DNA of 64,000 bases, taken from assembly GCA_963736005.1 (NCBI GenBank), contig CAVTNB010000002.1:32001-96000 (forward strand), read 5' to 3'. The notes beneath the pieces are model-generated. The model did no database searches. It saw nothing but the letters and a program-made list of their open reading frames with translations, and had not been told where the DNA came from. Below are positions 10,023 through 18,598 of this stretch, piece after piece. The position numbers and the translations under genes were made by a program. Every line of letters starts with the position of its first letter. Within the stretch, counting starts at the first letter, position 1. The stretch is from an uncultured Pseudomonadota bacterium. GTDB lineage: Bacteria > Vulcanimicrobiota > Vulcanimicrobiia > Eremiobacterales > Eremiobacteraceae.

Positions 10023-11186
10023 ATGCGCGTAGCTTATCTGACCCGGTTTGACGTTACGGATCGTGCCAGCGTGCCCGCGTTGGGCGGCGCGGGCTATGCC
10101 AGCTATTACATCGCCCAAACGCTAGAAACCATGGGTGTGTCCCTGACGCGTGTGAACGGTCTGCCATCAAGCCTCTCGCTCGCTACCCGGCTTACGTCCG
10201 CGTTTTACCGCCGTGTCTATCACCAAAACTACAACATCGCAGCCAACCCAACAATCATCAAACGCCAAGCGAAGTACGTAGCGCAAAAGCTGGCTGCGGC
10301 CGACTACGACATTATTCTGACGCGAATACTCTTACCACTTGCACACCTCCACGTGGACAAACCAGTTGTCGTGTGGACAGACGGAAGCGCGCGCGGCCTG
10401 TTCGATTTTTATCCGCAGCTTACAAACCTATCCGAGCGCAGCAAGCGTGAGACCCTTGCTATGGAATTGGCTGCCCTCGAACACTGCAGCCTCATCATTT
10501 ATAGCTCTGAATGGGCGGCAAGCCACGCGCCAGATCGCATCGACCGAAGAAAAATCAAAATTGTTCCTTTCGGCGCCAACTGCGAATGTGACCGCACGGT
10601 AAGTGATATTCAAGCCATCGCTGAGATGAAACCTATGCGACCGTACAGGTTGCTCTTCGTGGGCGGCGCATGGAATCGCAAAGGTGGTCTGATTGCGTGC
10701 CAGGTGGCGAAGGCTCTCTCTGACGTTGGGTACTCCACAACCCTCACCGTGATCGGCCGCAAGCCGGACATCCCGAAGGAGTTTGGAGGGGTTGTTAACC
10801 TTGTGGGCTTCCTCGACCAATCTCGCGCACAGGGGCAACAGCGGTGGAGTGAGCTCATGCGTGAGTCGCATTTTTTGATTCTGCCGAGCAGAGCGGACTG
10901 TTCTCCGCACGTGCTGGCGGAAGCCAACTCCTTTGGACTGCCCTGCTTGACGACGAACGTCGGCGGAATCCCCGGGATCATCCGTGATGGGGTCAATGGC
11001 AAGCTCTTCCGTCTTGAAGCCGATCCTCGGGATTACCGCGACTTTGTCGTGAGTCAGCTCGAGGACCCACAACGGTACCGGCGCCTCATGCTGGCTTCCT
11101 TTCAAGAATTCCAAACTCGCTTGAATTGGCGCGTCGCGTGCCAGCGAGTTGGGGCGTTGCTCGAAGGTTTGATGACTACGATGTAG
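10023..11186 (+). CDS. Glycosyltransferase family 4
   Basis: LLFVG...RKGG and ILPSRADCSPHVLAEANSFGLP..TTNVGGIP motifs. Confidence 0.9.
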   Translation: MRVAYLTRFDVTDRASVPALGGAGYASYYIAQTLETMGVSLTRVNGLPSSLSLATRLTSAFYRRVYHQNYNIAANPTIIKRQAKYVAQKLAAADYDIILTRILLPLAHLHVDKPVVVWTDGSARGLFDFYPQLTNLSERSKRETLAMELAALEHCSLIIYSSEWAASHAPDRIDRRKIKIVPFGANCECDRTVSDIQAIAEMKPMRPYRLLFVGGAWNRKGGLIACQVAKALSDVGYSTTLTVIGRKPDIPKEFGGVVNLVGFLDQSRAQGQQRWSELMRESHFLILPSRADCSPHVLAEANSFGLPCLTTNVGGIPGIIRDGVNGKLFRLEADPRDYRDFVVSQLEDPQRYRRLMLASFQEFQTRLNWRVACQRVGALLEGLMTTM

Positions 11187-11667
11187 CTTCGAGAGGTGTC
11201 AGCGGCACTTCTTTGATGCGGACATTGAAGATCTCGTCCGGCGCGTCGAAGTGTTGTCCCCCAACGGATATCCAGGCGTGCCCGCGCAATCGTTCGTGGG
11301 GGTTGGGTTGCTCTTCAATGCCAAAATGGATCTTCACCGGCTGATCGCCGGCGTCAAGAAAACGGTAGAGGGTCAGGGCACGGACGTAGCAGTTATCTCG
11401 CGAACGTAAAAACGGTAAGCGCAAATTCAGGGCACGCAAACGCGCGATGCGTTCTTGACTCTGCTCGATGCTGGGCGCTGCCGGCCGACGGCACTCTCGC
11501 AGATCCGCGAGAAAAGACCGGAGGTTTCGTCGCCTCAACAGAGCGGGCACACGCCACATGAAGTAGCCGATCTGCAAGGCGAGCCAAAGGTCGTCGGGTC
11601 GACGGACGAATGCGCGGTAGCGCTGCGCAAAACCACGTGGCGTCCACTTGGGCGCGAGCTTGTTCAC
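11176..11667 (-). CDS. Lasso peptide biosynthesis B2-like protein (transglutaminase-like cysteine peptidase)
   Basis: NCYVRALTLY...VKIHFGI...GHAWISVGG...D gives a Cys/His/Asp triad pattern. GTG start overlaps the GT2 stop (GTGA). Confidence 0.85.
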   Translation of the reverse strand: MNKLAPKWTPRGFAQRYRAFVRRPDDLWLALQIGYFMWRVPALLRRRNLRSFLADLRECRRPAAPSIEQSQERIARLRALNLRLPFLRSRDNCYVRALTLYRFLDAGDQPVKIHFGIEEQPNPHERLRGHAWISVGGQHFDAPDEIFNVRIKEVPLTPLEATS

Positions 11668-12551
11668 CACCGCGCACGCTCTCTTCGATCGAGCTGAGTT
11701 GCGACGAAGCCAACCCGCTGGGCAAGTTTCTTCACAAACATGCCGCGTGCATACAAGAACCGCTCGTTGTTGGGAACGCGCCATGCGGACAAACTCAGGC
11801 GGCCGATATCCGCCCACTCTTTGAGCTCATCGCCGATGGTCCATCGACATTCGTCGCGATGGTGCAAGACAAATTGTGCGTAGCCTTTGCCGTACGAATA
11901 TTGCTGCCGCCAGAAACCCTTCCAATCTGCGCGATGCCGATGAAACACGACAGCCCGCGAAGCATACACGAACTCGCCCGGCTGCGCTTTCAGAATGCGG
12001 TTGTGCAAGTCGCAGGCCTCGTACGATGTATATCGTTCGTCAAACCCGCCTGCGTCTTCCAAAACGCTTTTCCGATACATGAGGTTGCTCGACGGCGCAA
12101 AAGGAAACTTTGGATGAGAGAGATGACGTTGCGCGTCCAAGCTCCCGATGAGATCGCAAAAGTGTGCAGCATCAGTCGTTGAATCGAGGCCGAGCGTACG
12201 ACCGCCGGCGCCGATACACTGCGCGGTCGAGGTGGACGACTGCGCGACGGCGGCGAGGAGTGAACGCAGCCACGATCGGGAAGGCACGCAATCGGCATCC
12301 GTAAACGCGATCCACTTACCTCGTGCCACAGCGACGCCAGCGTTGCGCGCAGCTCCTGCTCCCTTGTTTTGCTGGCCGAGGACGCGGACATCAAAGGATT
12401 GCGCCAGTGTTTGTGTGCCATCACGCGACCCGTCATCGACCACGATGATCTCGTACAAGTCTTCGCAGTCTTGGTTGCACAGTGCATTGAGGCACTCGGC
12501 CAAAGTCTTTTCGGCATTGAATGCGGGAACAACGACGCTTGCCAGTGTCAC
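11664..12551 (-). CDS. Glycosyltransferase family 2
   Basis: ASVVVPAFN, VVDDGSRD, ARNAG, FTDADC and GGFDE motifs. Confidence 0.9.
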   Translation of the reverse strand: MTLASVVVPAFNAEKTLAECLNALCNQDCEDLYEIIVVDDGSRDGTQTLAQSFDVRVLGQQNKGAGAARNAGVAVARGKWIAFTDADCVPSRSWLRSLLAAVAQSSTSTAQCIGAGGRTLGLDSTTDAAHFCDLIGSLDAQRHLSHPKFPFAPSSNLMYRKSVLEDAGGFDERYTSYEACDLHNRILKAQPGEFVYASRAVVFHRHRADWKGFWRQQYSYGKGYAQFVLHHRDECRWTIGDELKEWADIGRLSLSAWRVPNNERFLYARGMFVKKLAQRVGFVATQLDRRERARW

Positions 12552-12622
12552 CGCGTTAGTATAGCCAATAGGACGTTTTGCCCGCGTGAAGCACGTGGCC
12601 CAAAGCGGGGGTCTTGGAAGTC

Positions 12623-13165
12623 CTAATCCGGGGGTTCGTCGGCAGCTCCGGTCGCGAGGTACGTTACGATGTCCCACGCATTGCGAATTCCGATGAAGAT
12701 CAATAACACGATACCGCCGGCGATAGCGAAGAGCGCTTTCGTTGGAACCGCGGGAAGGGTAATCGCACCTCCGAAGATCGCAAAGTAAGCGATAAATGGA
12801 AGGATATTATACCACGTCCAATCTTCGAGGTCGGGAATATACACGGTGAGACGCTTGGTTTGGTACATCACGCGCAGAATATACACAATGCCGAAGAGAC
12901 CGGCAAACCCGATGAAGACGGCGGCGTGAAACAGCAAGTGCCAAGGTGCGTTGAGCACCGCCGAGATTAATAATGCCGCGCTGAAGTGCATGACCGTCGG
13001 CGTGCTGAACGTCGCCATCCCGTCCGGGTTTTTTCGCACGCGTTCCGTTCGGTTCACTAGCGTGATCACGACGAACATTAATCCCGTCAGGGCTGCGGCC
13101 GACGAGCCGGTCATGACGTAGAAATTCGACCACGGGGTGAGAAACGATGATGCGGTCTCAGCCAT
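12623..13165 (-). CDS. Conserved integral membrane protein of unknown function
   Basis: About five hydrophobic segments; WSNFYVMTGSSAAALTGLMFVVI and GIRNAWD patterns. Confidence 0.75.
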   Translation of the reverse strand: MAETASSFLTPWSNFYVMTGSSAAALTGLMFVVITLVNRTERVRKNPDGMATFSTPTVMHFSAALLISAVLNAPWHLLFHAAVFIGFAGLFGIVYILRVMYQTKRLTVYIPDLEDWTWYNILPFIAYFAIFGGAITLPAVPTKALFAIAGGIVLLIFIGIRNAWDIVTYLATGAADEPPD

Positions 13166-13166
13166 C

Positions 13167-14489
13167 CTATCCCACCGTCGTGCCAAGTGAGGTTGCGACC
13201 TCCGCAGCGGCGCGCTCGCCAGTTTCCAGCGCTCCGTTTACCGTGCCGCCTTGGCCGTCGCCCGCCGTCGCCTCGCCTGCGAAAAATAAAGTGTTGTCGA
13301 CTGGCGCCGCGAGCATTGCTCGAGCATTTCCTCCCCCAACGACAACGTAACTATACGCCCCGCCCGCGAACTGGTCGCGGCTCCAATCATGCATGGCGCT
13401 GCCCTCGAACTCTTTGCTCACGAGCGTGGGCTCGTCCAACAATGCTCCAACGCCGTTCAGGGCGCGTTCGATGACTTCCGCCTCCGGGGCGTCGCGGAGT
13501 GCAATTGCATTCGGCCCTCCGGCCCACGCGACGATGAGCTCGCTGCGCACCGGCAATTGTGTCCAGTACGCCGTGAACGGCTGCCCAGGGCAGCGAAAGA
13601 AGGCACTGTCGCGGTAGCGCCCGTTGCGGATCCGCTCCCAAAACGCCGTTCGAAACCACAACATTACCTTGACTGCGTGGCCCATCTCAATATTTCGAAG
13701 CGCTTGACGTTTGGCCGCGGGCAGGTCGGGTTCGAATGCGACCCCTGTCTCGTTGCCACTCTGTCGGAGAACAGCCACCGGGAGCGTGACGACGACAGCT
13801 CGCGCATGAATGGTCCGCAATTCTCCGGATGGGCTGCTCACCTTGACGGCAACGGCACCAGCGCGCCAGGAAATACGCTGCACGATTGTCGACAAGCATA
13901 TCTGAACGCCCGCCGCAGTGCACGACGCATGCAAGTGCTCGAACATCGGCCCGTAGCCTCCGAGCGGCCGACTGCTCGTAGAATCGACGCCCGATCGCAA
14001 CTCATCTGCAATTGACTTCACGCTTGCAATCGCGGGATCAGCCGCTTCGAATCCCTCGACGAATGCTCGCGCCGCCTCCGCCATGTGGCGGGTGGCCTCA
14101 TCTCTCTCGAGGCGCCGCAGAAATTGATCGGCGCTCTCGTCCATCGCGAGCGACCGTGCTCCCTCCAAGACGCGAGAAGCCAAGCTAAACTCTCTATCGT
14201 CGCGTCGCAGGCCGCTGTCCTCGCTGCACCTCCACGACTCGCCGCCCGTGGCGACGGCTTTCATTCCGGCGTCGCGTAGCAGCGCCATCGTGTGCGGAGC
14301 CTCGCCATGGATAAACTCTGCGCCGAGTTCGGCCGGCATGGTTATTTGCGCCACCTGACGCGACCACACGCGGCCGCCAATTCGGTCGCGTGCCTCCAGC
14401 ACGATCGCCCGCAGCGATCGGGCAGCCAGGACCCGAGCGGCCGCAAGTCCGGCTGCGCCAGCACCGATGACGACGACGTCCGTGTCCAT
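13167..14489 (-). CDS. Flavin monoamine oxidase family protein
   Basis: VIGAGAAGL, EARDRIGGR, ELGAEFIHG, GAYSY and FFAGEAT...GTVNGALETG motifs. Confidence 0.9.
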   Translation of the reverse strand: MDTDVVVIGAGAAGLAAARVLAARSLRAIVLEARDRIGGRVWSRQVAQITMPAELGAEFIHGEAPHTMALLRDAGMKAVATGGESWRCSEDSGLRRDDREFSLASRVLEGARSLAMDESADQFLRRLERDEATRHMAEAARAFVEGFEAADPAIASVKSIADELRSGVDSTSSRPLGGYGPMFEHLHASCTAAGVQICLSTIVQRISWRAGAVAVKVSSPSGELRTIHARAVVVTLPVAVLRQSGNETGVAFEPDLPAAKRQALRNIEMGHAVKVMLWFRTAFWERIRNGRYRDSAFFRCPGQPFTAYWTQLPVRSELIVAWAGGPNAIALRDAPEAEVIERALNGVGALLDEPTLVSKEFEGSAMHDWSRDQFAGGAYSYVVVGGGNARAMLAAPVDNTLFFAGEATAGDGQGGTVNGALETGERAAAEVATSLGTTVG

Positions 14490-14540
14490 GACGGGGAGTA
14501 TACGGAGGGCGAGCGGCTTTCTCTTCATAAAAATAGGCGA

Positions 14541-14888
14541 ATGCCAACCGATTTTCGCGACGGTCGCACGTTCCCGCGTCGCGGTCGCCATCCGTTAGGG
14601 AGTTTCTTGTGGCTAGCCCGGGTTTTCGATAAGGCTCGAGCCTCCAAGGCGGGCACCATCTACGATTATATCTATCCGTGCCCCATGGACCTTGGCATGT
14701 TCGAACGGTGGGGGATCACCGTCGAGGAATTTGAGGGAGCCATGAGCGAGCATGGCGACGATCAAGCACTGCGCCAATGGGCTCAATCACGCATCGCTCA
14801 GCAAGCTTGCGACGCCGCAAACTCGTGGTTGGTCACGGAAAAGTTCGAAAATCTCGACCGCCAAGATCGCGAGGAGAACGTTTTCTGA
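14541..14888 (+). CDS. DUF5069-like small protein
   Basis: PR...LG..WLARVFDKARA..AGTI.DYIYPCPMD pattern. Confidence 0.7.
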   Translation: MPTDFRDGRTFPRRGRHPLGSFLWLARVFDKARASKAGTIYDYIYPCPMDLGMFERWGITVEEFEGAMSEHGDDQALRQWAQSRIAQQACDAANSWLVTEKFENLDRQDREENVF

Positions 14889-17310
14889 GACGATCGGCGA
14901 GAACGCTGGCTTGAACCGAGATCCCGTCGGAGATGACGGATACCCCACCGTCGAGATCTGTCCGATAGACTTGCGCCCCGGCAGTCTTAAGAGCAGCTAA
15001 TGTGAGCGGGCTTGGGTGTCCGAAGACGTTGTGCAAGCCGCATGAGATGATCGCGATTTTCGGATGCACGGCCGCCAGAAATTCTGGTGTCGACGAATAA
15101 GCACTTCCGTGATGACCGACTTTGAGGATGTCGGCACGCAGATCCGCGCCACCGTGCGAAAGCAGACGAGCTTCAGCCTCTGATTGCGCGTCACCGGTGA
15201 GCAGCATCGCAACCTGTCCGAAGGTCACTCGAAGCACGACCGAATTATTGTTGATATCCGACGATGTTCCAGTAATCAACGGCAACTCGGGTGCGAGTAC
15301 CTGAACGTGCGTAACTGTGCCGAGATCGAACGCCTCGCCCCGTTGCGCTCGGATCCACTTGATGTGACGGTCGTGTATGACTTCAAGTGTGCGATGATAT
15401 GCTGGACCCGAATAGAGTTGCGCTGAGTCGTACACCCTATCAACGCGCTCACGCGAGAGGATGACGGGGAGACCACCAACGTGGTCGCCATGTGGGTGCG
15501 TCAGCACGACTGCATCAAGATGCAACACCCAATGCCTCAAGAGAAATGGCATGACCGTCCGCGTCGCGAGGCGATCGCCGATGGGAGCGGCCACCACAAA
15601 ACCGGTGCTCGTGCGCTCGAGGCGACCTCCACTATCGACAAGCATCGCGTGACCTCCCGGAGCACGCACGAGCAGGCAGTCGGCTTGACCGACGTCGATG
15701 GCGTCAAGCCGCACGCGCTGATCGAGTCTTTGCGCGATTCCAGGAATGCAGTATATAAGGAAGAGCGCGAATGCGACTGCTACGCCCCACTTGGCTATGA
15801 GCCTCCGCGGAATTTGGTATTTGAACGCCGCGGCGAGCGCTCCGAGTGCCATCCAGTACGCAATCAGGAATGCGTGAGTCGGCGGCGGCACATCGATGTG
15901 GCTACCAGGCAGCGTCGCGAAAAATCGGACCGCGTCGATCACAAAGAGCAACCCCCACCACACGAGGTTGCTCAATGGAAGAGCAAGGGGCGGACAGGCG
16001 AGCGAGGCGGCACACAAGCTCGCTCCAACCGCCATGATGAGCGCGATGAGCGGAACGACAACGGCATTTGCCAGCACCGCGTAGGGCGTGAATGCGTTAA
16101 AGTAAAGCGCTTGAAACGGCCACAACGCGATCTGCACCGCCAGGCTCGTTCGCACGACCTCGACAACGACGCGCGGAAGTCTTCCATCCTCTCGTAATCC
16201 AAGCGAGCTCAACACTGGACTCACGAGCGCGATGCCGACGACGCACGCAAACGACATCGAGAACGACGGCGACAGAAGCGCGAGTGGGTGAGGCAACGCG
16301 ACCGCGCTCGCCGCCGCTGCAAAGATCGCGCTCGGCGTCCTCCCCCGGCCAAGTTCGAGGGCGACCGTTCCTGCGGTGAGCATGGTTGCCGCGCGCAGCG
16401 TTGGCAGATGCAGGCCTGCGAGCGCCGCATACAACCATGCGCCAACGAGCATGAATCCGATACGAGCGGCTCGAGCGATCGGAAAACGCGAGAGAATCCA
16501 AGCGAGCAACCCAGCCATGATTCCAAGATGCAGACCCGCCGTGGTCAGCACGTGGACGGTGCCCGTGTCCGAGAATTCCTGACGCAAGGCGGCCGGCAAA
16601 TTACCTCGGTCGCCCCACAGAATGCCTTCGAGCACCGTTGCCTCGAGAGGCGGGAGCCGGCTCTCAATCGCATCTGCGCCTGCCAGCCGTATCCGCGCCC
16701 ACCATGCTTCCCACCCCGTGCCGATGCCAAGCCTGCGTATATCCTTGGCACGGTGGGCGGCAATCACGACGTCGACGCCCTGTTCGCTCAGCAGGTCTCG
16801 CTCGGCTGGTTCACCTTCGTTTCGCGCGCCGCCGGGCAGATCGAGACGCCCCCGAATCGTCACGCGTTGTCCAGCCACTTGGCCAACGTCAGCCGCCGGA
16901 AATGTCACGAGAGCAACAGTCCCGACAAGATGGATGGCGGCCTCGCTCGCAGGCGAGCTCACGTGAAGGACACGTACTCGAAGCGAACCCGAGTCGGTAT
17001 ATCTTGGACGCTCGAGAGCAAGCGCTTCGATCACAACGTGATGGCCGTCAAGCGCCGCGTAAGGCCTATGCTCCACCCGCCATACCGCGAGCGTTGCAGC
17101 ACCGGCTCCAATGCCAAACGCGAGGATCAATGGGATGAGAAACCTTTTGATGCTTGTTTCCGTTAGAAAAACAAAGGCGACGGCCGCAGCAAGTGCTGCC
17201 GCTGCAAATCCCGCTGATACGCTCGCAGCTGCAACCACACCAAGGCCGTACAACGACACAAGCAACGCAAAACTGTGACCGCGCCACAGCGAGTCGAACG
17301 ATGCGCGCAC
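14833..17310 (-). CDS. comEC: DNA internalization competence protein ComEC/Rec2
   Basis: GTVHVLTTAGLH competence domain; DVGQAD, THPHGDH, NNNSVV and KVGHHGS in the MBL domain. Confidence 0.93.
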   Translation of the reverse strand: MRASFDSLWRGHSFALLVSLYGLGVVAAASVSAGFAAAALAAAVAFVFLTETSIKRFLIPLILAFGIGAGAATLAVWRVEHRPYAALDGHHVVIEALALERPRYTDSGSLRVRVLHVSSPASEAAIHLVGTVALVTFPAADVGQVAGQRVTIRGRLDLPGGARNEGEPAERDLLSEQGVDVVIAAHRAKDIRRLGIGTGWEAWWARIRLAGADAIESRLPPLEATVLEGILWGDRGNLPAALRQEFSDTGTVHVLTTAGLHLGIMAGLLAWILSRFPIARAARIGFMLVGAWLYAALAGLHLPTLRAATMLTAGTVALELGRGRTPSAIFAAAASAVALPHPLALLSPSFSMSFACVVGIALVSPVLSSLGLREDGRLPRVVVEVVRTSLAVQIALWPFQALYFNAFTPYAVLANAVVVPLIALIMAVGASLCAASLACPPLALPLSNLVWWGLLFVIDAVRFFATLPGSHIDVPPPTHAFLIAYWMALGALAAAFKYQIPRRLIAKWGVAVAFALFLIYCIPGIAQRLDQRVRLDAIDVGQADCLLVRAPGGHAMLVDSGGRLERTSTGFVVAAPIGDRLATRTVMPFLLRHWVLHLDAVVLTHPHGDHVGGLPVILSRERVDRVYDSAQLYSGPAYHRTLEVIHDRHIKWIRAQRGEAFDLGTVTHVQVLAPELPLITGTSSDINNNSVVLRVTFGQVAMLLTGDAQSEAEARLLSHGGADLRADILKVGHHGSAYSSTPEFLAAVHPKIAIISCGLHNVFGHPSPLTLAALKTAGAQVYRTDLDGGVSVISDGISVQASVLADRLRKRSPRDLGGRDFRTFP

Positions 17311-17471
17311 AGCTCACACTCACGTCATGTGCAGTGAGTGTCAATCGAAGCGCTGTTTGGTCGATGCGTGTTCTGGGAAAAAGTTATTCATTGCGGCGCG
17401 AGGAACGCCGCACCTCAGAAGGGAAAGAGTAAGTCCGTCATCAGGTTTTTGAGAAAGGGGTTGAGTGAAGA

Positions 17472-17540
17472 GTGGACGCTTTGGTCATCGTGCTTCTCGT
17501 GTTGATCCTGCTCGCCGTGACCGGCCATCTCCGCCTGTAG
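17472..17540 (+). CDS. Putative 22-aa single-helix membrane peptide (MDALVIVLLVLILLAVTGHLRL)
   Basis: Manual translation GTG..TAG in an intergenic gap, with purine-rich GAGAAAGGGG/GAAGA upstream. Entirely hydrophobic core with a basic tail. Confidence 0.55.
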   Translation: MDALVIVLLVLILLAVTGHLRL

Positions 17541-17589
17541 CATTCAGCTCAACTGAGATTAGGTTCGCCGCGAGCTTGGGAGTGCGGTT

Positions 17590-18516
17590 GTGCGCATCCT
17601 GGTAACCGGCGGTGCTGGGTTTATCGGCTCCCACGTCGTGGATGCGCTTATCGGCGCGGGCCACGAAGTCGCTATCGTCGACTCGTTCTGGGCGCAAGGC
17701 GGGGGACGGCGCACAAATCTCAACCAAAAAGCCCAATGCTTTGAAATCGACATCCGCGACGGTGCTCTCGCGGATGTTTTTGCGCGCTTTAAGCCCCAAG
17801 TTGTGAGCCATCACGCTGCCCAACACAGCGTCGCTATCTCTACCAAAGACCCGCCCTTTGACGCGGATGTGAATGTCAAAGGGCTGCTCAACGTCTTGAT
17901 GCTCGCTTCGAGCAATAAGGTCGGCAAGGTCGTTTTTGCGTCGTCGGGCGCAACCTATGGGACGCCGCAGTATCTTCCGATCGACGAGAAGCATCCGCAG
18001 TTGCCCGAATCCCCGTATGGCATCACGAAGATGGTTGCCGAACATTATTTGAGATATTTTGCGACGAGCAGTGGGGTACGCTATACGGCGTTGCGCTATG
18101 GCAACGTCTACGGACCGCGGCAGGATCCGGGCGGCGAAGCCGGGGTGATCGCTATCTTTAGCAGCCGGATATTGGCGGGGAGCTCCATCCGCATCGACTG
18201 GGATGGCGAGCAACAAAAGGATTACGTCTACGTTGGCGATGTCGCCCGCGCAAATCTGCTCGCCCTCGACCGAGGTGACAACGAAATCGTCAATATCGGA
18301 ACGGGCGTTGGGACGTCGGTGAACGCACTGCACAAAGCAATTGCGGGCGTCGTCGGCCGCGACGTTGCTGTCGTTCCTGCGCCCAAACGCGCAGGTGATG
18401 TCTATCGGTGCGCTTTCGCCATCGAGAAAGCGCGGTCGGTGCTCGGCTGGGAGCCGCAGACACTTTTGCCCGCGGGCATCGAGAAGACCGTCGCGTTCTT
18501 TCGCGCCCAAGAGTAG
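17590..18516 (+). CDS. galE: NAD-dependent epimerase (UDP-glucose 4-epimerase-like)
   Basis: VTGGAGFIGSH, SPYGITK, LRYGNVYGPRQ and DYVYVGDVA motifs. Confidence 0.85.
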   Translation: MRILVTGGAGFIGSHVVDALIGAGHEVAIVDSFWAQGGGRRTNLNQKAQCFEIDIRDGALADVFARFKPQVVSHHAAQHSVAISTKDPPFDADVNVKGLLNVLMLASSNKVGKVVFASSGATYGTPQYLPIDEKHPQLPESPYGITKMVAEHYLRYFATSSGVRYTALRYGNVYGPRQDPGGEAGVIAIFSSRILAGSSIRIDWDGEQQKDYVYVGDVARANLLALDRGDNEIVNIGTGVGTSVNALHKAIAGVVGRDVAVVPAPKRAGDVYRCAFAIEKARSVLGWEPQTLLPAGIEKTVAFFRAQE

Positions 18517-18598
18517 CCGCGACATTGCCCTTTCGCGAAGACATTCGCGCGACGACATTGCCCTTTCGCGAAGACATTCGCGCGACGACGCTGGCTAC
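18513..18598. repeat. GTAG-bounded REP-like element containing a 33-bp tandem duplication
   Basis: CGACATTGCCCTTTCGCGAAGACATTCGCGCGA twice (18520-18552, 18553-18585), flanked by inverted GTAGCC/GGCTAC. Confidence 0.9.

Noticed and set aside
17485..18558. Long antisense ORFs (here, and e.g. 16288..17166, 19349..20200, 39724..40527)
   Set aside because: Shadow ORFs opposite well-supported genes, expected at high GC; no recognisable motifs.
18520..18589. 33-bp repeats as a mini CRISPR array
   Set aside because: The units are directly adjacent with no spacers, and there are no cas genes.
18290..18594. C-terminal extension of LeuS with a repeated peptide in the ORF track
   Set aside because: Artefact of a frameshift near 18705 reading through the tandem repeat; the canonical end is at 18595.
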